NCBI GenBank assembly: GCA_036170655.1
Contig: JAVHPP010000177.1
Coordinates: forward strand, 1-25,427
DNA length: 25,427 nt
Source of the DNA: Candidatus Zixiibacteriota bacterium
GTDB lineage: Bacteria; Zixibacteria; MSB-5A5; WJJR01
Direction of reading: 5' to 3'
The notes beneath the pieces were generated by a model. The model did no database searches. It was not told where the DNA came from and saw only the letters and a program-made list of their open reading frames with translations. Within the stretch, counting starts at the first letter, position 1, and every line of letters starts with the position of its first letter. Below are positions 16,100-25,427 of the stretch, in pieces. A program made the translations under genes and the position numbers.

Positions 16100-19000
16100 C
16101 TATGCGCCCAAAGCAGGTCGTGCGTCCGGTCCTGTCAGGGTTGGTTTCACTTCCTTCTGCCGCCACAAGAGATAGATCGCGGGATAGACCAGCAACTCCA
16201 TGATGAAGCTGGTGAACAGGCCACCAACCATTGGTGCGGCAACACGCTTCATCATGTCGGCGCCGGTGCCGGCGCTCCACAAAATCGGCATCAGCCCCAT
16301 TGACGCCGCCATCACGGTCATCATCTTCGGGCGGATCCGCTTCACGGCGCCATGGACGATCGCTTCGTGGAGGCCCGCGATACTGTTGAGTTTGCCGGCA
16401 CGCTTGTATTCGTCGTGGCTGAGTTCGAGGAACATCAGCATGAAGACGCCGGTCTCGGCATCGAGACCGGCCAGAGCGATCATGCCGACCCAGACGGCAA
16501 TCGAGACATTGTAGTTGAGAATGTACAAGAACCAGACCGCACCCACCAGACTGAACGGCACAGCCAGCATGACGATCATCGCTTTGAACGACGACTTCGT
16601 GTTGGCGTACAGCAACAGGAACACAAGAAGGAGGGTCAGAGGCACAATCATCTTCAGGCGTTCGCGCACACGCAGCATGTTCTCATATTGGCCGCTCCAG
16701 ACCAGCGAGTAACCGGTGGGCAGTTTGAGCTGGCTGGCGACGACACGCTTGGCTTCATCGACATAGCCGCCGATGTCGCGGCCGGTGATGTCCACATACA
16801 CATAGGCCGCCAGCATGGCGTTTTCGTCGCGGATCATCGACGGGCCATTGACCAGTTCAATATCGGCCAGTTCGCTCATGGGTACTTGAACAGGCCGGGC
16901 CACACCGGTTTTCGTGCCGTCACCACCCATACCGTCGCTGCGACCGGCCAGGCTCCCGGCGCGGGCGGTGACGAGAACGCGCCGCAACTGGTCGAGATCG
17001 GCACGCAGGTCACGGGGGTAGCGCAGGTTGACCGAGTACCGCTCACGGCCCTCGACTGTGGTCGTGATGTTTTCTCCACCGATCGCGCTCATGATAACGC
17101 CATGGAGGTCGTCAATGGTCAGGCCATAACGCGCGAGTTGGGCACGCTTCGGGACAAAGTCCACAAAATAACCGCCGCTGGCGCGCTCCGCGAAAACACT
17201 GCGGGTGCCGGGTATCTGGCGCATGATGGGTTCAAGTTGTTCGCCAATGTGCTGGATTTCATCCAAGTTTGCGCCGAAGATCTTGATGCCAATTGGAGTG
17301 CGAACACCCGTTGTGAGCATGTCAATGCGGCCCTTGATCGGCATCGTCCAGGCATTGACGCTGCCGGGAATTTGCAGGGCGCGGTCCATTTCATTGACGA
17401 GTTCTTCCCAAGAAATATATTCGGGCCAGAGCTGGCCAAGCACTTTGCGGAACGGCGCCGGCCAACTGCTGAAGAATCGTTCCTTGTGTCGCCACTGTTC
17501 TTTCGGCTTGAGTAAGACAGTGGTTTCCATCATCGAGAACGGCGCGGGGTCGGTCGAGGTCTCCGACCGGCCGGCTTTGCCCCAGACGCTGACAACTTCG
17601 GGGAACGTCTTCAGAATGCGGTCTTGGATTTGCATCAGCCGTTGCGCCTCGGTGACGGATAACCCGGGCAAAGTGGTGGGCATATACAGCATCGTGCCTT
17701 CATTGAGTGGCGGCATGAACTCGTGGCCAAGTTGCAAGTACACCGGCACGGTCGTCGCAACCATCAGCACCGCCAGCACAATCACCCTCTTGGGATGCCG
17801 CAGCACCCACCGGCAGGGCGGTTCGTAGATCGCGAACAGGATGCGGCTGATCGGGTGTCTCTCCTCGGGGTAGTATTTACCAACGGCAAATACATTCACG
17901 ATCTTGGCCAGCCAGCGCGGGCGGAAGGTGAAGTCGTCCATCCGCGCGAACAGCATCCGCACCGCCGGATCGAGCGTCACGGCCAGCAACGCGCCGAAGG
18001 CGATGGCGAGCGTCTTGGTGTAGGCCAGGGGCTTGAACAGCCTGCCTTCCTGATCCAGCAACGTGAAGACCGGCAGGAATGACACCGCAATCACCAGAAG
18101 CGAGAAGAACACGCTCGGCCCAACCTCCTGCAGGGCTTCCAGCCGCACGGTATGGAAATCGCCCTTGCGGCCTCCCTCCTTCCAGCGTTCGAGCTTTTTG
18201 TACGCGTTCTCGACCTCAACAATCGCCCCGTCCACCAAAACGCCGATCGAAATCGCCACACCGGCCAGACTCATGATGTTGGAGGTGAGGCCCATGTAGA
18301 ACATCGGGATGAAGACCAGCACGACCGAGATCGGGATGGTGATAATCGGCACAATAGCCGAGGGGATATGCCACAGGAAGAACAGGATCACCAGGCTGAC
18401 GATGATCATCTCCACAATCAACTCGTGCTTGAGGTTGTCGATCGATTCTTGGATCAACTCCGACCGGTCATAAGTGGGGACGACCTCCACGCCTTCCGGC
18501 ATCGACGGCTTGAGCTCCTTCAGTTTCTCCTTGACGCGCTGAATGACATTGAGCGCATTCTCGCCGTGACGCATCACGACGGTTCCACCCACGGCATCAC
18601 CTTCGCCATCGAGGTCGGCGATCCCGCGCCGCATTTGCGGACCCAGCGCGATGGTCGCCACGTCGCGCAAGAGCACGGGTGCGCCCTGCTGGCCGGTCTT
18701 GAGAACAACCTCTTCCAGCGCCTCGGTGTTTTGGATATAGCCCCGGGCGCGCACCATGAATTCCTTGCCGCTCCATTCGATGAGCCGGCCGCCGACCTCG
18801 TTGTTGGAGTGGCGGATGGCCTCTGTCACTTCCATGATGCCCAAGCCGTAGCTCTGGAGGCGATCGGGGTCGATAGTGACCTGATACTGCTTTTGAAAGC
18901 CGCCAATGCCGGCGACTTCTGACACTCCTGGCACACTCTGCAGTGCATATCGCAGATACCAGTCCTGATAAGTGCGCAGATCCGCCAGCGTGTGTTTGCC

Positions 19001-19471
19001 CGAAGTGTCCTTCAGTGCATACTGAAACACCCAGCCCACACCGGTCGCATCCGGCCCGAGCTCAGGATCGACATTGGCCGGCAGGCTGCCGGTGATTTTC
19101 TGGAGGTATTCAACCACGCGGCTGCGTGCCCAATAAATGTCGGTGCCATCCTGGAAGATGACGTAGACATAGCTGAAGCCAAAATCGCTGAAGCCACGGA
19201 TCGCCTTTACCTTCGGCGCTCCCAACAGCGCCGTGATGATCGGATACGTCACCTGATCTTCCATGATGTCCGGGCTGCGATCCCACTTCGTGTACACAAT
19301 CACCTGGGTATCCGAAAGGTCCGGGATCGCGTCCAGCCGGATGTTCTTCATCGTGTAGACTGCGTAGGTGACCGCCGCCACGGTCAGCATGATCACGAGC
19401 ACCCGGTTCGAAGCGGCGAACGCAATCCACTTCTTGATCAACGTGCCTTCTGACGCAGAGGAAGTTTGCAT
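16100..19471 (-). CDS. cusA: CusA-type heavy-metal efflux RND permease (Cu+/Ag+)
   Basis: DAIPDLSDTQVIVYT, EDQVTYPI, LGPDATGVGWVFQY, GVLVDGAIVEVEN. Met-triad contexts MLYMPTTLPG, DPAPFSMMET and RIDMLTTG match E. coli CusA. Also DAETGVFM and RIRPKMMT. Confidence 0.95.
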   Translation of the reverse strand: MQTSSASEGTLIKKWIAFAASNRVLVIMLTVAAVTYAVYTMKNIRLDAIPDLSDTQVIVYTKWDRSPDIMEDQVTYPIITALLGAPKVKAIRGFSDFGFSYVYVIFQDGTDIYWARSRVVEYLQKITGSLPANVDPELGPDATGVGWVFQYALKDTSGKHTLADLRTYQDWYLRYALQSVPGVSEVAGIGGFQKQYQVTIDPDRLQSYGLGIMEVTEAIRHSNNEVGGRLIEWSGKEFMVRARGYIQNTEALEEVVLKTGQQGAPVLLRDVATIALGPQMRRGIADLDGEGDAVGGTVVMRHGENALNVIQRVKEKLKELKPSMPEGVEVVPTYDRSELIQESIDNLKHELIVEMIIVSLVILFFLWHIPSAIVPIITIPISVVLVFIPMFYMGLTSNIMSLAGVAISIGVLVDGAIVEVENAYKKLERWKEGGRKGDFHTVRLEALQEVGPSVFFSLLVIAVSFLPVFTLLDQEGRLFKPLAYTKTLAIAFGALLAVTLDPAVRMLFARMDDFTFRPRWLAKIVNVFAVGKYYPEERHPISRILFAIYEPPCRWVLRHPKRVIVLAVLMVATTVPVYLQLGHEFMPPLNEGTMLYMPTTLPGLSVTEAQRLMQIQDRILKTFPEVVSVWGKAGRSETSTDPAPFSMMETTVLLKPKEQWRHKERFFSSWPAPFRKVLGQLWPEYISWEELVNEMDRALQIPGSVNAWTMPIKGRIDMLTTGVRTPIGIKIFGANLDEIQHIGEQLEPIMRQIPGTRSVFAERASGGYFVDFVPKRAQLARYGLTIDDLHGVIMSAIGGENITTTVEGRERYSVNLRYPRDLRADLDQLRRVLVTARAGSLAGRSDGMGGDGTKTGVARPVQVPMSELADIELVNGPSMIRDENAMLAAYVYVDITGRDIGGYVDEAKRVVASQLKLPTGYSLVWSGQYENMLRVRERLKMIVPLTLLLVFLLLYANTKSSFKAMIVMLAVPFSLVGAVWFLYILNYNVSIAVWVGMIALAGLDAETGVFMLMFLELSHDEYKRAGKLNSIAGLHEAIVHGAVKRIRPKMMTVMAASMGLMPILWSAGTGADMMKRVAAPMVGGLFTSFIMELLVYPAIYLLWRQKEVKPTLTGPDARPALGA

Positions 19472-19482
19472 AGTCGGATGAG

Positions 19483-21060
19483 TTACTGTTGGTGTCCCGT
19501 GTGCCCGCTGTCAGCCGGCGCTGTGTTGCCGCCGCTGTTGATCATCGCATCAATTGCGGCCTTCATGCTTGATTCGCTGTCGACGAGGAAGTTGGCGGAA
19601 ACGACGATCCGGTCGCCTTCCTGCAACCCGTCGAGCAGCTCGTACCAGTCGTCGCTGCGCCCGCCGATTTTGATCGCGACCGGGATCAGGCGGCCGTCGC
19701 CCCCGTCCTTGAACGCGTAGGGGCCCTTGCCGCTGAACATCACCGCCGAAGCCGGGATGGCGAGTTTCTCGCCGCGCTGGTAGAACAGCCGCGCATCGCC
19801 GTACATCCCGGGCTTGAGCAGCCCTTGCGGATTCGGAATCTCCAGACGCGCACGCATCGATCGGGTCTCGGGATCCAAGGTCGGCGAGACGAAGATAACC
19901 TTGCCTGCAAACGTCTGGCCGGGCCAGTATGGCAAGGAGAGTTCCAGTTGTGCCCCGACCTTAACGTAAGGAAGATCGGACTGGTAGATGTCCGCCTCAC
20001 CCCAGACGACGGAAAGATCGGCGATGATCATCAACGATTCGTCGGGCATGACCTTGTGGCCTGCCAGCACTTGCTTGTCAGTCACGACGCCGCTCGCCGG
20101 CGCGTACAGCGTCATATACTTCTGTGTTTTGCCGGCCTTCTCCAACTCATGGATCTGGTCATCGCTGATGTCCCACAACTGTAATCGTCTCTTGGTCGCG
20201 GCCAGAAGCGCCTCGCTACCGGGCGTGCCCTTCAGCTTCAGCGCGATCAGGTATTCCTCCTGCGCCGACACCAGTTCCGGGCTGTACAGTGTCAGCAACG
20301 GATCGCCTTTCTTCACTTCCTGGCCGGTTACGTTGACGAACAGCTCGCCGACCCAACCCTCGATCTTGACCATGACATGGTGGAGACGCGTCTCATCGGC
20401 CAAGATCAGCGCCGAGGTTCGCACGTCACGAGCCAGCATGCGTTTCTCTACCGTTCCGATCCTCAGACCCATGAGCTGGCGCACTTCGGACGTGATCGAA
20501 ACCGCCGCCAGCCCGGCCACGGTGGGCGCCTCGCCACCCTCGGTGACTTCGAATGGGACCATCTCCATGCCCATTGCATCCTTGCCGGGTTTGTCGCTGA
20601 CCTCGCTGGGATTCATGGTCGAGCGATACATGGTCTTCTTTTTGAGGGGCTCGGTCCGGCCGGCTTGGGCATCTTTGCCGATGGGTACGAGTTTCATCCC
20701 GCAGATCGGACAATCACCCGGCTTGTCGGAAATGACCGTCGGATGCATCGGGCAGTGGTATTTCACCGCTTCGTCCTTGGTCGGGGCCGTGGCCTCGGTC
20801 TTTATTGGTACAAGCTTCATTCCGCAAATGGGGCAGTCACCGGGTTTGTCAGATATTACGGTGGGGTGCATTGGGCAGTGGTATTGCTGCGTGCTGTCGG
20901 CGCTGCCGTGACCGGCAGGACCGATGCCGCGGCCAACAAGAAATGCCGCCACCACGAGGATCAAAGCGATGATGACCCAGATCCCGCGCCGCCCGCGCCG
21001 ACCGTGCGCGGTCGGAGTGGATCCGTTCGAAGCAGATTCTTGGAATGATTGTGTTTCCAT
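19483..21060 (-). CDS. cusB: CusB-type periplasmic adaptor with N-terminal heavy-metal-binding repeats
   Basis: ATG 21060 with GAGGA RBS. One TM anchor, 2x YHCPMHP..KPGDCPICGMKLVP, MYRSTMNP..KPGKDAMGMEMVP, GWVGELFVN.TG..VKKGDPLLTLYSPELVSAQEEYL, LKPGMY, ANFLVDSES. Confidence 0.93.
   Translation of the reverse strand: METQSFQESASNGSTPTAHGRRGRRGIWVIIALILVVAAFLVGRGIGPAGHGSADSTQQYHCPMHPTVISDKPGDCPICGMKLVPIKTEATAPTKDEAVKYHCPMHPTVISDKPGDCPICGMKLVPIGKDAQAGRTEPLKKKTMYRSTMNPSEVSDKPGKDAMGMEMVPFEVTEGGEAPTVAGLAAVSITSEVRQLMGLRIGTVEKRMLARDVRTSALILADETRLHHVMVKIEGWVGELFVNVTGQEVKKGDPLLTLYSPELVSAQEEYLIALKLKGTPGSEALLAATKRRLQLWDISDDQIHELEKAGKTQKYMTLYAPASGVVTDKQVLAGHKVMPDESLMIIADLSVVWGEADIYQSDLPYVKVGAQLELSLPYWPGQTFAGKVIFVSPTLDPETRSMRARLEIPNPQGLLKPGMYGDARLFYQRGEKLAIPASAVMFSGKGPYAFKDGGDGRLIPVAIKIGGRSDDWYELLDGLQEGDRIVVSANFLVDSESSMKAAIDAMINSGGNTAPADSGHTGHQQ
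20680..20883 (-). repeat. Intragenic duplication of an 81-bp heavy-metal-binding module
   Basis: Copies at 20803-20883 and 20680-20760 both encode YHCPMHPTVISDKPGDCPICGMKLVPI. Confidence 0.95.
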
Positions 21061-21087
21061 AAAGTCCTCTTGTTTGCCCGACACGGG

Positions 21088-22368
21088 TTATGGCGTGCCC
21101 GGTTTCAGATCGGTACCCACCGCGCGTTCCAACCGGCCCAGTTGCATGCCGATGTTGCCTTCGGCCATGACGGCCATCACGCGGGTGCTCAGCAGAAAAC
21201 GCTCACTCTCCAACAGGTCGAGAAAATCGACTTTGCCGGTGCGGTAGCCCGCTTCGCTGGCTTCGAAGCGCGCCTCGGCCTGCGGGACAAGCGCAGTCTG
21301 GTACAACTCCAGTGTGCGGCGTGCGGTAAGCAGCTTGAAGTAGGCGTCTTGCACATCGAACGCGGCCTCTCGCTGAGCCGCCTCCAAACCGGCCTGGCTG
21401 GACTCGATCATCTTCTCGGACTCGCGCACGCCGGCACTGTATTTGGCCCGCCAGATGGGCAGATCGAAACCGAGGGTGAACATCACCATGTTATCGCCCG
21501 TCCGGAAACTGCGGTATTCGAGGCCCAGCCGGTAATCCGGGAAGAACTCCCTTCTCATCAGATTGCGTTCGGCTTGATTGCGCTGAATGTTGGCCCGGGC
21601 CTGCTTGATCTCGGGGCGCTCCCTCTCTGCAAGGCTGAACAGCTCTTCCGCCTTGACCTCGAATTCGCGTTGCGGCTCGGTTACGGCGAAACCCAAAGGC
21701 GAGTCGGCACGGCGATTGAGAAACAAATTGAGCTTGGCTTTCAATACCACTTCCTCCTGCTCCAGTTCGTACAACCGTTGCTGGAGCATCGAGATCTCCG
21801 CCTGCGCCTTCAGCACGTCCTGCTGCATCACTTCGCCGACACCGTACTTTGTCTCAGCAATTTTCTGCATCTGTTCGAGCACATCCTGCTCGGCCCGCGT
21901 GATTGCCAGCGCTCGTTGCACGGCATAGAGGTCGAAGTAGCTCTCCTTCACCATCATGATGACCTCGCGCACCATGGCATCGTACTCCCGCTGCATCGCC
22001 TCGGCCTCTTTCGTGGCCACTTCGCCACGCAAGCCAAGCTTGCCAAACCACGGAAACTCTTGTGACAGCATGAATCGTTTCTCATTCGTGTTCGGCCAGC
22101 TGCCCTGCTTGACCATGTCCATGCTGCCATACTGGAGCATCGGGTTTGGCAACGCCCGTTCCTGGATGGGGCGCTCCTGCATGGCTTCATACCGGGCGTG
22201 CATCGAGCGTAACTGCGCATTCGCGCGCAGCGCCGTGTCCACTACATAGTCCAGCGTGAGCGGCAACAGAGAATCTGTTCCCGGACCCTCGCTACTGTCT
22301 GCGCCGGAAGCCACCCGTGCGCCACCGGCCAGCATCATCACCAACGCCAGGATCAACACACCACGCAT
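21088..22368 (-). CDS. cusC: TolC-family outer membrane factor of the Cus-type system (CusC role)
   Basis: Start moved to ATG 22368 (GAGGGG RBS, signal peptide MRGVLILALVMMLAGGARVASG). LPNPML, SQEFPWFGKL, FFPDY, DLPIWR, YRTGKVDFLDLLESER. First gene before cusB-cusA. Confidence 0.85.
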   Translation of the reverse strand: MRGVLILALVMMLAGGARVASGADSSEGPGTDSLLPLTLDYVVDTALRANAQLRSMHARYEAMQERPIQERALPNPMLQYGSMDMVKQGSWPNTNEKRFMLSQEFPWFGKLGLRGEVATKEAEAMQREYDAMVREVIMMVKESYFDLYAVQRALAITRAEQDVLEQMQKIAETKYGVGEVMQQDVLKAQAEISMLQQRLYELEQEEVVLKAKLNLFLNRRADSPLGFAVTEPQREFEVKAEELFSLAERERPEIKQARANIQRNQAERNLMRREFFPDYRLGLEYRSFRTGDNMVMFTLGFDLPIWRAKYSAGVRESEKMIESSQAGLEAAQREAAFDVQDAYFKLLTARRTLELYQTALVPQAEARFEASEAGYRTGKVDFLDLLESERFLLSTRVMAVMAEGNIGMQLGRLERAVGTDLKPGTP

Positions 22369-22599
22369 TGGTCCCCTCGCATCGGAATCACCGACTCTCA
22401 CTCTCTTCAGTGTCCTCACCCTCAGCCCCTGCCGCCGGGGATGGGTACCGCCTGTTTTCGACAGGGATGTTGAGATCCCGGTCGGCCAACGCCAAGATCG
22501 TTTTGCCTTTGTTTTGTCGGAGTCTGCGTTCATCTGTTCTCTCGATCAGCGGAACTGCCTGGGGCGGTTCCCGCCGATTTCTCTCGCGTCGTGTCTCTA

Positions 22600-22616
22600 A
22601 GCAACCATTGTGCCGC
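22600..22616 (-). promoter_or_regulatory. sigma54 (-24/-12) promoter candidate for cusCBA
   Basis: Minus strand GCGGCACAATGGTTGCT, i.e. GG-N10-GC with GGCAC and TTGCT matching the TGGCAC-N5-TTGCW consensus except for the first T. Correct orientation, with an AT-rich region upstream. Confidence 0.7.
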
Positions 22617-22973
22617 GATCCGAGGGTGACCGTTATGATATTCCGATACAACAGGTTGAATCAGTCACACGGATCGTGTCCTCATAATCAGAAAATGCTT
22701 CAAATAAATCATATGTAGTTTGTATTGACGATTGCAGAACATGCAGCGTTGTTTGGCGCCATTTAATCTATTGTGATGACACATCTTATGAAATATCGCC
22801 TCATTTACATCATGATGGTTCATTTGGGCCGCTTGGCTTACGCCAAGCTACGCCGCCAGCAAGCCGATCTTTGTCTGTGGCAAGTCAACAGACAGGCCTT
22901 GCTTGATCGTTGCAAGGATTCTCTATCGTGGCTTCAAAGTGTTCTGAAGCGGCGATGCTCCGAGCTCGCCCAC

Positions 22974-23016
22974 AAAACAAAGGTGCGGCCGGACGAATTC
23001 ACATTTGCCCGGCCGC
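22974..23016 (-). terminator. Intrinsic terminator after the S46 peptidase
   Basis: Minus strand GCGGCCGGGCAAAT-GTGA-ATTCGTCCGGCCGC followed by ACCTTTGTTTT. Confidence 0.75.
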
Positions 23017-23043
23017 TCCTGCGCTGGTTTGCATTCCGCCAAG

Positions 23044-25221
<2,178 letters not shown>

Positions 25222-25372
25222 CGCAGTCCTCCTTCGAGCACCCCTATACCAAGTTGGGCAGACGGTACGGCTGGGATCAACATCAAAAGAGCAGAGCCGG
25301 GGTGAACGGTGACAGAAATTTCGGTGGGTCAATAGCAGACGCTGGAGTCCCCCGCCGGGTGCCCCACAGCTT

Positions 25373-25391
25373 GGGGCGTGTTGAAAAAGCC
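25373..25391 (+). mobile_element. Probable left end of a second MITE/IS-like element running off the window
   Basis: GGGGCGTGTTGAAAAAGCC closely matches the reverse complement of the right end at 10470-10489 (GGGGTGTGTTGAAAAAAACC). Confidence 0.45.
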
Positions 25392-25427
25392 CCACACACG
25401 GAAGGCGACGGAGCAGATGTGAGTATT

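Noticed and set aside
16352..22065. Long + strand ORFs (387, 256, 307, 338 aa) opposite cusA/B/C
   Set aside because: Antisense shadows of well-supported genes.
22485..22520. c-di-GMP-I riboswitch-like start (AAAGGCAAAAC on the minus strand)
   Set aside because: The following GNRA-capped P2 and GACGCAAAGC elements are absent.
10270..23000. tRNA-anchored genomic island (receptor, lysozyme, VOC and cus genes follow the tRNA)
   Set aside because: No integrase in the window, and I found no direct repeat of the tRNA 3' end (CCCTGCACCGCTACCA). The cargo looks accessory, but island status is unsupported here.

Overview
This is a ~60% GC chromosomal segment from a diderm bacterium. The gene style (large TonB-dependent receptor, DUF4159/DUF4175, S46 peptidase, split secD/secF) suggests an FCB-group-like lineage, which is inference only. 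The left part is a minus-strand run secD-secF-secreted cupin-DUF4159-DUF4175, then Yip1-family and TolC-family genes, all divergent from a tRNA-Met(CAT). The middle holds a TonB-dependent receptor, an orphan peptidoglycan-binding/goose-type-lysozyme gene, and a divergent tandem-HxlR regulator/VOC pair with overlapping promoters and a perfect 16-bp palindrome. The right part is a Cus-type Cu(I)/Ag(I) RND efflux operon (cusC-cusB-cusA plus a Cys-rich YHS/TRASH-like lipoprotein), preceded by a sigma54-type -24/-12 motif and a ~220-nt leader, followed by a DPP7-like S46 peptidase. Intergenic DNA carries REP/REPIN-like palindromes and a MITE-like element. I found no CRISPR array, integrase, transposase or prophage, and nothing that is unambiguously a new system. 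The best leads are the sigma54-driven Cus operon with a possible CusF substitute, the synonymously diverged but protein-identical CusB repeat, the single-chain double-HxlR/VOC switch, and an ECF-driven Yip1-TolC unit resembling YknWXYZ. All calls come from reading the sequence; no searches were run.
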